Assembly (NCBI GenBank): GCA_963707365.1
Contig: CAVPPI010000001.1
Location: 121,326-185,325 of the forward strand
Source: an uncultured candidate division Zixibacteria bacterium
GTDB lineage: Bacteria; Zixibacteria; MSB-5A5; GN15; FEB-12
DNA: 64,000 bases
Direction: 5' to 3'
Position numbers and translations under genes: made by a program. Numbering within the stretch: position 1 is the first letter of the stretch; each line of letters begins with the position of its first letter. The notes beneath the pieces are model-generated. The model worked only from the letters and a program-made list of their open reading frames with translations, searched no databases and was not told the DNA's origin. Shown one piece after another: positions 1 to 8,604 of this stretch.

Positions 1-2830
1 AGGTGATATCTTTTAGATATCTCTCCAGCAGATCGACAAGTTTCAGGTGCGATGGCTGCGTACCCTCTCTGATGCGAGTCAACAGGGGCAGTAGTGCTTC
101 CTCGACGTTTACGAGAATCTGACGTTTGGTAGCCTGTTTCTCTTCCTCGAAGCTGGCCAGAATTTCGCGCATGGCGATATTTTTGTTTTCCAGGGATTTG
201 CCATCGGCGATGAGTTTCTCGTTGGCTTCGCGCAGTTCTTTCTCGGCTCTGGCGCGTGTTATCGTGCTGACAAACATCTCTCCGATCAATCTCAACAGGG
301 ATATCGTGTCGTCATCCCAATCTTTTTTGTTCTTTACGGCATCGAGACCGACGAATCCGAGCAGGTGGCCGCCATACACCATGGGAACGAGAACAAGCGA
401 CTTGATGCGCTGCTGTTCAAAGCTCGTTCTTTCGCTACCTGCCTCCGGCGGCAATGCGGCGACATCGGGGATATCCACCACCTCGAATCGGCGCAACCTG
501 GTTATTGCCCACGGGAACTGGGTTGTACGCAGACCTCGAAGGTTGTCTATCTGTTTGCTTACGCCGGGCGCGGACCACTCGAACGTATTGTCCATTGTTT
601 TGCCATCGGCAGAGAATTCGAATATGTAACTGCGATCGACGGCGGCGAACTCGCCGATTCTTCGCAGGGCGAATTCGATACCGCCGTCAATTTCTTCTGC
701 TTTCAGATTTATGAAGCTGGTGCTCAGACTGGCTATCAGAGCTTCAAAGTTGAGCCGGTAGCGAAGCTCGGCATCGGACCGCTTCCTTTCGGTGATGTCA
801 CGGGCGATGCAATTGAGCCATTCGATCTCCCCGGCGGAGTCTCCATGAAACGCTATTGTCCACATCATCTGTGAAATGTGGCCGTTTCGGCTGACGACTC
901 GATTTTCAACGGTGGTGTGACTGGCCTTTTTCTCGACGGCTGTTTCTATTGTTTCTTGCGTCACTTCTCTGTCCTCCGGATGAACGAAGTCCAGATAGCT
1001 GAGCCCCACACATTCTGTTGGTGATAGCCCGAATGTCTTTTCCACGGTCCGATTGGCAAAAGTGATAAGGCCGTTTTTATCAACCTGAGTCACGAGGTTA
1101 TCGGTAGTTTCGACCAACTCGCGATAGCGATATTCGCTTTCCCTGAGTGCTTTCTCGGCTCGTTCATGGTCCCCACTTGTCCGCAGGGCAGCGATTCCAT
1201 AAGCGAGATCAGCGGTCAACTCTAAAAGCAAAGAGACTTCGTCGTCATCGAACGCATCCGGCTCCGATGCATAAATGTTGAGCGCGCCGAGGGGTTTGCT
1301 GTCGCCTTGTAAGGGTATGGCAATCGAGGAAGCATAGCCGCGCCGGGAGGCCTCCTCGCGCCAGGGAGCAAACTTCGGGTCGGTCAGGATATCTCTGGCT
1401 ATCGCCGGTTGGCCGGTGCGAATTGCCGAGCCAGTGGGACCACGGCCGTGCTGATCGTCAGCCCAGGTTATATCGATTTTCTCCAGGTAACCGTCTTCAA
1501 AGCCCGCCTGAGCCACCGGTCGAACGGTCCGGCGCTCATCCGACATGGCGCAGCCCACCCACGCCAGCCGGTATTTGCCTTCTTCGACAAGAATGTCGCA
1601 GACATTCTGAAGCAGATTCACTTCATCGCGGGCGTGTACCAGCGATTTGTTACACAGGCTGAGTACTTTGAGCGCACGAGATGTCTTTCTAAGAGTGCTC
1701 TCGGTTTCACGACGGGCGTCAATCTCAGTGCGCAACTGCTGGTTTGTCCGCAACAGATCCATCGTTCTTTCGGCTACGCGGATTTCCAGTTCGTCATGAG
1801 CTTTCTGCAAAGCCTCTTCAGCTCTGGTTCTGGCCAGAGCGATACTCACGCTGGCCCCGATACCTTCGAAAAACTCGATCAGTTTCGGTGTAAATCTGCC
1901 CCTGCGACGATCGTTGAGCTGCAGCAATCCAACGCACTCCGAGTCCATGCGGAGCGGCACCAGAGCCACCGACTCGTATCCTTCGCGGTTGCAAAGGTTA
2001 CGGGTTCGTCCCTGACGATTGTCTTCCGTCGTGCCGGCCAGCAGGTCCGTGGTGCTGTTTGTCCAGAAACTCCCAAACTCCGTGAAAAACGGCCGGGTGG
2101 GATCGGCTCTTCCTGAAATGACGGTGCCACACATGCACTCCAGAAGAGGGTTGCCGTCGTCATCACGAACCGTCTCTCCATCTTCATCTACTGCGCAGAG
2201 ATGTCGTTCCGCCTGCACGAAAAGAGAAGGAAAGCCTATAGTTTCGTAATACGGGAAATCATCACCCTCTCTCATGCGCAAGCCGACAGCCTCGAACCCG
2301 GTGAATTCTTTTACCAGATGCAATATGGCCCGGATAGTGTCTATTTTGTCACTGGATTTGTTGAGCAGTTCCAAAAGGCGGGTGGCGAAATTCTGCCTCT
2401 CCTGGGCAAGTTTCCGATCGGTTATGTCGAGCCAGTACTCTATTACGCTCGATAAGTTGTTGTCCCGGTCCAGCACCGGGTAGCCGTGGATCTCGAAGTG
2501 CTTTGGTTCGCCGTCCTTGTCAAAATGAATATGTTCAACGACCACCGGCTGTTTGGTCTGTTTGATAATCTCCAGGGGACAAGCCTCGCCTGACTGGCTG
2601 CACGGACTGCTTCGTCCGTGTGAAAGCGTATAACATTTGGGTGAATCTTCAGGTGGCTTCAATCCCGGCGAAGCATTGTCCAGAAGAACTGTGTACTCGT
2701 CGGGATCTATGATATAGAACGGATGAGTGAGCGACTCGAGCGCCTGCTCATACAGACGTTGACTGCTCTTACTGACGTCCTCTACTCGGCGCGAGAAATT
2801 CTTTTTTGATGGATCGGGCTTACGGTTCAT
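1..2830 (-). CDS. PAS/GAF multidomain signalling protein (PAS-GAF-GAF-PAS-GAF order); 3' end lies beyond the left window edge
   Basis: My own minus-strand translation from ATG 2830..2828 stays open to base 1 (more than 940 codons). It is absent from the ORF track because no stop lies inside the window. It begins MNRKPDPSKKNF. PAS-like blocks include RESEYRYRELVETTDNLVTQVDKNGLITFANRTVEKTFG. GAF-like blocks include GYESVALVPLRMDSECVGLLQLNDRR, GYASSIAIPLQGDSKPLGALNIYASEP and IKSLVLVPMVYGGHLLGFVGLDAV. Coiled-coil linkers separate them. The output domain is not visible. Confidence 0.8.
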   Translation of the reverse strand, partial: MNRKPDPSKKNFSRRVEDVSKSSQRLYEQALESLTHPFYIIDPDEYTVLLDNASPGLKPPEDSPKCYTLSHGRSSPCSQSGEACPLEIIKQTKQPVVVEHIHFDKDGEPKHFEIHGYPVLDRDNNLSSVIEYWLDITDRKLAQERQNFATRLLELLNKSSDKIDTIRAILHLVKEFTGFEAVGLRMREGDDFPYYETIGFPSLFVQAERHLCAVDEDGETVRDDDGNPLLECMCGTVISGRADPTRPFFTEFGSFWTNSTTDLLAGTTEDNRQGRTRNLCNREGYESVALVPLRMDSECVGLLQLNDRRRGRFTPKLIEFFEGIGASVSIALARTRAEEALQKAHDELEIRVAERTMDLLRTNQQLRTEIDARRETESTLRKTSRALKVLSLCNKSLVHARDEVNLLQNVCDILVEEGKYRLAWVGCAMSDERRTVRPVAQAGFEDGYLEKIDITWADDQHGRGPTGSAIRTGQPAIARDILTDPKFAPWREEASRRGYASSIAIPLQGDSKPLGALNIYASEPDAFDDDEVSLLLELTADLAYGIAALRTSGDHERAEKALRESEYRYRELVETTDNLVTQVDKNGLITFANRTVEKTFGLSPTECVGLSYLDFVHPEDREVTQETIETAVEKKASHTTVENRVVSRNGHISQMMWTIAFHGDSAGEIEWLNCIARDITERKRSDAELRYRLNFEALIASLSTSFINLKAEEIDGGIEFALRRIGEFAAVDRSYIFEFSADGKTMDNTFEWSAPGVSKQIDNLRGLRTTQFPWAITRLRRFEVVDIPDVAALPPEAGSERTSFEQQRIKSLVLVPMVYGGHLLGFVGLDAVKNKKDWDDDTISLLRLIGEMFVSTITRARAEKELREANEKLIADGKSLENKNIAMREILASFEEEKQATKRQILVNVEEALLPLLTRIREGTQPSHLKLVDLLERYLKDIT

Positions 2831-3231
2831 AATCAGCCACTCAGTTTCGGTATGCTAACCTGTCAACCGGGTTCGTCCGCCGTAAGAATGCGATTGTCAG
2901 CCGCCCAAATATCGTAATAAAGTACCTGGAGGATGCTATTTTAACGTTCCGGACTCACATATTTCACCTGTGTTTCAGTCAGGCGGCCGTGCCCGGAAAA
3001 GTCTCAGCGGACTAACTTAAAATCTAATAGAAGCTTAGGCGCGCCGCAAGCAATTTCTCCCGGACACCGACTGGCTGCCGGATAACCGGCGCAGCAATAA
3101 TTGCTGATTGCCGCCAGTTGCAGCTTGAAATTAAATCTGTTTTGACGGATAATACGACAAGCCCGTCATTATTGCGTAAGTGACGGCAACACCAAATCGA
3201 GTCCATAATCAACAGAATATTGGGGGAAACG

Positions 3232-4803
3232 ATGAAAACAGCATCCAATTCGGCCCGATGTTTGGCCTTTGTGCTATTTTCCTCTTTTGCATTTGCAGTC
3301 TCAAGCCCGGTATCTTCAGCGGAGTTACCCGCTCAATGGGGAAGCTTGACGCCCGGTCCTTACGCTGTGGGCTTCGAGACTGTAGAGAAATATGACTTTT
3401 CCCGGGTTTATCGGAGCAAGGTCGATTACGACGGTGACCCCCGCGATGGCGAGCGGGCGAGACCGGTTCAAATCTGCGTATGGTATCCCGCCACAGCCTC
3501 GGAGAATGCCACGCCGATGGTTTATGGTGAGTATGTTTTTCCGGCTCCCGGGGATGACCGCTTTTTCGGCTTTCTTTCGCAACTGCAGGGGCGCGAGCTA
3601 AATTATCTGATTGCCCGGACCGGCAACAGATTTGCCGCGGTGGCGGATATGATGAATCTGAGAGTCGGGGCGGTCAAAAACGCCCAGCGGCAAGAAGGGA
3701 GCTTTCCGGTTGTCGTATATTTCGCCGATATCATGAGCGGATTTTCGGAGAATTCGGTCCTGTGCGAGTATCTGGCAAGCCACGGTTTCATAGTAATCTC
3801 TACTCATTCGGTGGGTACCCTCGGCCTCAATGCTTCACCTGTGCCGGCTGACCTGGAAACTCAAATCAGAGATCGCGAGTTCGCTCTGGCCGGGGTTCGT
3901 GATTATCCCAACAGTGATCCCGATAGGTTGGCCGTGATTGGCTGCGGATGGGGCGGGTTGGAAGCGCTGGTGATGCAGATGCGCAACAGCGATGTGGATG
4001 CAATCATTACTCTTGATGGTGCGTATCTATACAAAGACAATGCCGAACGAATTGGCCATAACCCTTATTTCGATTATGCCGGCGTGAAAGTTCCACTGCT
4101 TCAAATCTACCCACTACTACCGGATGTGATTGATCATTCCGTCATAGACTCTATGCCATATTCCCACCGCTTAAATATCGGATTATCCGGGTTTACACAT
4201 GCTGACCTGACGCACTATCCGGCGATGTTGTCGGACAGCGCCTCCGATACATCCGCTGCCGGTCCGATTGAATATGCCACAGTCTGTGAGTATGCCCTGG
4301 ATTTTCTGTGCGCCCATGTAAACGATGATGCCACCGCCCTGACGATGCTCGACAAGAGAGCCTCGAGCTACGGAGATAACCTGAGAGTGCAGCAGCTATA
4401 CGCACAGAAACCACCGCCCACCGAACTGGAGTTTGTTGATCTCATACAGCAGGGAAAGATTGACCGGGCCGTGGATGTATATGAACAGCTCAAGGTCGCC
4501 CGGCCGGGCGAAGTGTTCTTCCAGGAAGGCACAATCAACGTGCTGGGTTATCAGTTCCTTCAGGCGAATCAGCTCGAGGATGCTTTGAAACTATTCAGGA
4601 TCAACACCGAAGCTTTTCCGAAATCGGCCAACGTGTGGGATAGCTATGCCGATGGCTGCATTGCCAACGGCGATATTGAGACGGCGATACAGTGCTATAA
4701 AAATGTTCTTGAGGTTCTTCCCGGCGACAGCCTTCTTCCACCGGCAAACAGGGAGATTCTTTTGAACAATGCCACGCAGAACCTTGAAAATCTTGGTAAA
4801 TAG
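3232..4803 (+). CDS. secreted alpha/beta-hydrolase-fold protein (PAF-acetylhydrolase / dienelactone-hydrolase-like) with C-terminal TPR-like region
   Basis: ORF 3220..4803; I prefer ATG 3232, which is preceded by GGGGGA. The N-terminus is signal-peptide-like (MKTASNSARCLAFVLFSSFAFAVSSPVSSA). Hydrolase-core blocks are FPVVVYFAD, AIITLDG and GFTHADL. The C-terminal helices look like TPR (ALKLFRINTEAFPKSANVWDSYADGCIANGDIETAIQCYKNVLEV). The nucleophile elbow reads GCGWGG (3940..3957) and has no Ser. Confidence 0.7.
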   Translation: MKTASNSARCLAFVLFSSFAFAVSSPVSSAELPAQWGSLTPGPYAVGFETVEKYDFSRVYRSKVDYDGDPRDGERARPVQICVWYPATASENATPMVYGEYVFPAPGDDRFFGFLSQLQGRELNYLIARTGNRFAAVADMMNLRVGAVKNAQRQEGSFPVVVYFADIMSGFSENSVLCEYLASHGFIVISTHSVGTLGLNASPVPADLETQIRDREFALAGVRDYPNSDPDRLAVIGCGWGGLEALVMQMRNSDVDAIITLDGAYLYKDNAERIGHNPYFDYAGVKVPLLQIYPLLPDVIDHSVIDSMPYSHRLNIGLSGFTHADLTHYPAMLSDSASDTSAAGPIEYATVCEYALDFLCAHVNDDATALTMLDKRASSYGDNLRVQQLYAQKPPPTELEFVDLIQQGKIDRAVDVYEQLKVARPGEVFFQEGTINVLGYQFLQANQLEDALKLFRINTEAFPKSANVWDSYADGCIANGDIETAIQCYKNVLEVLPGDSLLPPANREILLNNATQNLENLGK

Positions 4804-4842
4804 AGACACATAAGTTAATGACGATACACTAAGGAGGAAAGA

Positions 4843-6069
4843 ATGCCTGAACGCAACTCAGAATTCAGCAGACGCAAGTTTCTGACGACCGCCACTACCG
4901 GCATCGTTTCCGCAGGGGTCGTTGGTTTGTCTGCCAGAACAGGATTAGCCCAGGCAGTCCCCGATGCTGCCGAACCAGCGGGCGGTAAAATTATCGAGCG
5001 AGTGCTCGGTAGAACCGGGCTGAAACTGCCTATCGTCAGCATGGGGGTGATGAACTCCGGTAACCCGGAAATTGTGGCGGCTTCGTACGAAATCGGAATC
5101 CGCCACTTCGATACCGCTGCCTACTACCAGTTCGGTCGTAACGAGCAGATGGTTGGTAACGTTATCAAAAAACTCGGCGTCAGAGACAAGGTGGTCATAG
5201 CAACCAAAGTCATGACCCGCGGCCAGCGCCAGGGACTCCAGCAGAGCGAACTCGCAGAAAAAGTGATTTCCAGTTGTGAGGCCAGTCTCGGCCGTCTGGG
5301 GATGGACTTTGTGGATATACTCTATATCCATGACGTCAGCGATGCTGAGACAGTGAAGAACCCCGGCCTTATAGAAGGTCTAACCAAACTCAAACAGCAG
5401 GGCAAAGTTCGTTTTGTAGGAGTTTCCACGCATTCCAGCACGACCGATGTTATCAACGAAGTGGCGGCCGGTGGCTTCTATGACGTTGTGCTAACCGGTA
5501 TAAATTTCACACAGGTTGATGATACGGCGCTTCTGGGGGCTATCAAGAACGCCTCGGAGAAAGGCGTAGGTATCGTGGCAATGAAAACGCAGGCGGGAGG
5601 CGCTCGCTGGCCCAATCCTCAATCGAGAAAGGACTACACCGGTTCGACCATTGCCACGGCCGCTCTGAAATGGGTCATGCGCAACGAAAACATCCACACC
5701 AGTATTCCCGGTTTCACTAATTTTGACCACATGCGCGAAGATTTCTCTGTTGCACAAAACCTGGAATATACCGAACTGGAAAAGAAATTCCTTTCCGACA
5801 ACAATGTTAGATTGAGCCTCGGCTACTGCCGCCAGTGCAAAAAGTGCCTGGCGAGTTGTCCTGATGGTGTCGATGTTCCGACACTGATGCGCGTTCATAT
5901 GTACACCGCCCAGTATGCCAACTTCTACCATGCAAGGGCCACTCTGACTGAAGTACCGGCGGAGGCCGGGCTCGATGTGTGCAAAGGCTGTTCGCTGTGC
6001 CAGGCGAAATGCGACAACTCCGTTGATATCGCCGGGCGAATTGACGAACTAAAAGCAGTGTACTGTTAG
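4843..6069 (+). CDS. Tat-signal aldo/keto reductase fused to a C-terminal 2x[4Fe-4S]-type ferredoxin module (catalytic tetrad intact)
   Basis: ATG 4843 follows AGGAGG. Twin-arginine signal SRRKFLTTATTG...LAQA. AKR motifs are HFDTAAYY (Asp, Tyr), VVIATK (Lys) and ILYIHD (His). The C-terminus carries CRQCKKCLASCP and CKGCSLCQAKC. Confidence 0.85.
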   Translation: MPERNSEFSRRKFLTTATTGIVSAGVVGLSARTGLAQAVPDAAEPAGGKIIERVLGRTGLKLPIVSMGVMNSGNPEIVAASYEIGIRHFDTAAYYQFGRNEQMVGNVIKKLGVRDKVVIATKVMTRGQRQGLQQSELAEKVISSCEASLGRLGMDFVDILYIHDVSDAETVKNPGLIEGLTKLKQQGKVRFVGVSTHSSTTDVINEVAAGGFYDVVLTGINFTQVDDTALLGAIKNASEKGVGIVAMKTQAGGARWPNPQSRKDYTGSTIATAALKWVMRNENIHTSIPGFTNFDHMREDFSVAQNLEYTELEKKFLSDNNVRLSLGYCRQCKKCLASCPDGVDVPTLMRVHMYTAQYANFYHARATLTEVPAEAGLDVCKGCSLCQAKCDNSVDIAGRIDELKAVYC

Positions 6070-6152
6070 CAGGCTGAAGCGGTGGTGTCGCATGGGCGCA
6101 ATGTCACACCGCCGTCAGAGCAACGTTCGGGTCAACGGTATCAGGAGGATGT

Positions 6153-7379
6153 ATGTCAGACAATAAGTCGGGTCTATCAAGGCGGGGGTTTTTGTCAGCC
6201 GCAACTTCCGGGTTGGTAACGGCGGGGCTACTTAAGCTGTCACCGGCCGCAGCCCTGGCTCAGGGAGTAATCAATCAGACAGGCGAGTCTCAGAAAGACA
6301 TCATTTGCCGCACACTCGGCCGGACTGGTCTGCAAGTTCCTATTATCGGTATGGGTGTCATGAATGCAGAAAACCCTGAGATGGTGCGGGCATCGTACGA
6401 AATCGGGGTGCGCTATTTTAATTTATCCGGTAACTATCAACTTGGCCGCGTTGAGACTGTAGTTGGCGGAGTGATAAACCGTCTAAAGATCAGAGACAAA
6501 GTCGTAGTGGGTACCGGAACACTTGATGTCGGAGACTATGCGGGTTTGTCGACCGCGGAATGCAAAAAGAAGATGACTGCAGCTTGCGAGGCCAGTCTTC
6601 GCCGGCTGGGGATGGATTACATAGACATATATTACATCTATGAAGCTCACGACCCCGGGATTGCCGGCTATCCCTCGATGATTGAAGCTGTCGAGAATCT
6701 CAAGCAGCAGCAAAAGATTCGTTACGCCGGTGTGTCCATGCACTCGAACATGGCCGCAGCGATCAACGCTGTTGCGAACGATGGTTATTTTGATGTCGTT
6801 ATGACGACTATCAACTTCACACTGGCCGACGATACGGATCTTTTGAACGCCATCAAAAGCGCCGCCGACAAAGGCATTGGAGTCGTCGCCATGAAAATCA
6901 TGGCGGGGGGCAGTCGCTGGCCCAATCCGGAGTCACGTAAAGACTACACAAGTTCCACCATCGCCACAGCATGCCTGAAATGGGTTCTGCAGAACGAGAA
7001 TATCGCAACCAGTGTCCCCGGCTACATGAATTTTGAGCATATGAGAGAGGACTTTTCCGTCGCCGGAAGCCTTGAATACACTTCCGAAGAAGAGAAATTT
7101 CTTGGCGATAACAGTGTAAGACTGGGCATGGGTTTTTGTCGCCAGTGTAAAAAATGCCTGGCTACCTGTCCATCCGGTGTTGATATTCCGACCCTGATGC
7201 GGGTTCATATGTATGCTGCCCAGTACGCGGACTTTCATCACGCGCGGGCTACCCTCGACGGCATCCCGCGAGACAGCGATCTTAAGAAGTGCAATGATTG
7301 TCCATCGTGCGCGGCTGCATGTGCCAACACTGTTGATATTGCTTCCCGGATCGACGAACTAAAGACAATTTACGCTTAA
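6153..7379 (+). CDS. Tat-signal aldo/keto-reductase-like / ferredoxin fusion, paralog of 4843..6069 with a degenerate catalytic tetrad
   Basis: ATG 6153 follows AGGAGG. Twin-arginine signal SRRGFLSAATSG...LAQG. It has the same length (408 codons) as the upstream gene and aligns to it without gaps. The AKR positions read YFNLSGNY (Asp to Asn), VVVGTG (Lys to Gly) and IYYIYE (His to Tyr). Both Cys motifs are kept (CRQCKKCLATCP, CNDCPSCAAAC). Confidence 0.85.
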   Translation: MSDNKSGLSRRGFLSAATSGLVTAGLLKLSPAAALAQGVINQTGESQKDIICRTLGRTGLQVPIIGMGVMNAENPEMVRASYEIGVRYFNLSGNYQLGRVETVVGGVINRLKIRDKVVVGTGTLDVGDYAGLSTAECKKKMTAACEASLRRLGMDYIDIYYIYEAHDPGIAGYPSMIEAVENLKQQQKIRYAGVSMHSNMAAAINAVANDGYFDVVMTTINFTLADDTDLLNAIKSAADKGIGVVAMKIMAGGSRWPNPESRKDYTSSTIATACLKWVLQNENIATSVPGYMNFEHMREDFSVAGSLEYTSEEEKFLGDNSVRLGMGFCRQCKKCLATCPSGVDIPTLMRVHMYAAQYADFHHARATLDGIPRDSDLKKCNDCPSCAAACANTVDIASRIDELKTIYA

Positions 7380-7402
7380 GCGACTGTCTGCGATTGTCCG
7401 AG

Positions 7403-8320
7403 TCACTGGTTTCCGACCGAAGGAGCGAGCGAGCTGAGCCAGTCGGCAATGGCCTGCTCTTGATTTGTTTTGTAACCCACCACTCCTGCCAGCCATCCGG
7501 ATTTAAGCCCGGCGACAATCCCGCCATAGTAGCTGTCCTGAAGCTGCAGGGCGTAACCGGCGTCGTAAGGCAGTGTCGGTAATCCGAGGCCGGCGGTGTC
7601 GCCCGGCTGAAGTTGCTGTGTCCAACTCAGATATTTTTGCCCGGATTGATCCGGAGTCAGAAATAAAACAACGGTATCAGTGTCGAATGAATATGCGCGG
7701 CTGTAAACCCCGGACAGGAAACTTCGGCCCAGGAATGACTCGGCATACACTTTGTCGGTAGCCTCGATTACCCCGGCATCAGGGAAGAACGAAAATGTTT
7801 CCGGCAGGTCCATTGTCCCGGGTATCGAAGTACCGAAGAAGTCTGCTGCTCTGGAGATACCCTGGCGAGTCTCGTCGGAGTCTTCGTAGCTGGTGACCAT
7901 CAGTACGTACACACCCTTTACCGCGATCAAATTGCTGGGCGAATCGAAACTCGCAGCTCCAATTCCGACATCGGGAGCTCCATCCGGTCTGAGCGTGGAG
8001 TAGAGGCCGAATGCGTTGTCGGGCGTGGCGAATTCGTATATATCGACCACAAGCTCTTTGCCGCCGACCACGTAATCTGCCGTGGCTACCTGGATAAAAT
8101 CATAGGCGTGATAAAGCTCGGCGCCGCCATCGATATACTCGTACAGGGAATCACCCACGAACGTTCTGGTATCGGCCATTCTCTGAAGGCCGATAGAGTC
8201 GACTGCCGTGACCAAATATTCGGCCGGGCCGGTCGCGTCGGAAGGTTCTTCACCGCATCCGAAAATTACCAGAACCCCGATCAATGACACGACCGCTCTC
8301 AAAAATCCTTTTTGTTTCAT
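7403..8320 (-). CDS. lipoprotein of unknown function
   Basis: ATG 8320 follows AAGGAG. Lipobox LVIFGC. The protein is 305 aa and contains YEYIDGGAELYHAYDF, which I recall from an uncharacterised DUF family; I cannot assign a family with confidence. Confidence 0.65.
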   Translation of the reverse strand: MKQKGFLRAVVSLIGVLVIFGCGEEPSDATGPAEYLVTAVDSIGLQRMADTRTFVGDSLYEYIDGGAELYHAYDFIQVATADYVVGGKELVVDIYEFATPDNAFGLYSTLRPDGAPDVGIGAASFDSPSNLIAVKGVYVLMVTSYEDSDETRQGISRAADFFGTSIPGTMDLPETFSFFPDAGVIEATDKVYAESFLGRSFLSGVYSRAYSFDTDTVVLFLTPDQSGQKYLSWTQQLQPGDTAGLGLPTLPYDAGYALQLQDSYYGGIVAGLKSGWLAGVVGYKTNQEQAIADWLSSLAPSVGNQ

Positions 8321-8525
8321 CGGTGTTATTCTCCTTTAGTGATCGCTAATAGTCTCGTCAAACGGCGTACGATTGCCATTGTTACGGTTGCCGTTTGACT
8401 GCCCATTTGCCGGAATGTCTTGTGACCGCCACATGAAAACCAATATCGGCAGAGTTGTCAAAGGAGAAAACAACTTTCGAGGGCAAATGGCACCGGCTAA
8501 GATGGCACAGTTGTTCAATACCTCT

Positions 8526-8561
8526 GGAAAGAAGAAGGGGACAGGCTCAAGGCCTGTCCCC
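8526..8561 (-). terminator. rho-independent terminator downstream of the ankyrin-MBL gene
   Basis: Perfect 9-bp stem GGGGACAGG (8537..8545) / CCTGTCCCC (8553..8561). On the minus strand it is followed by TTCTTCTTTCC. Confidence 0.6.
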
Positions 8562-8604
8562 GTGGCGCGCTCAGTATGGCAATCGGGTAGAGCGTACTCA
8601 ATGC

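Noticed and set aside
8336-8518. 60-aa ORF (Asn/Gly-rich tail QSNGNRNNGNR) just upstream of the lipoprotein gene at 8320.
   Set aside because: It overlaps the terminator hairpin region of the convergent ankyrin gene and has no start context or recognisable fold, so it is likely spurious.
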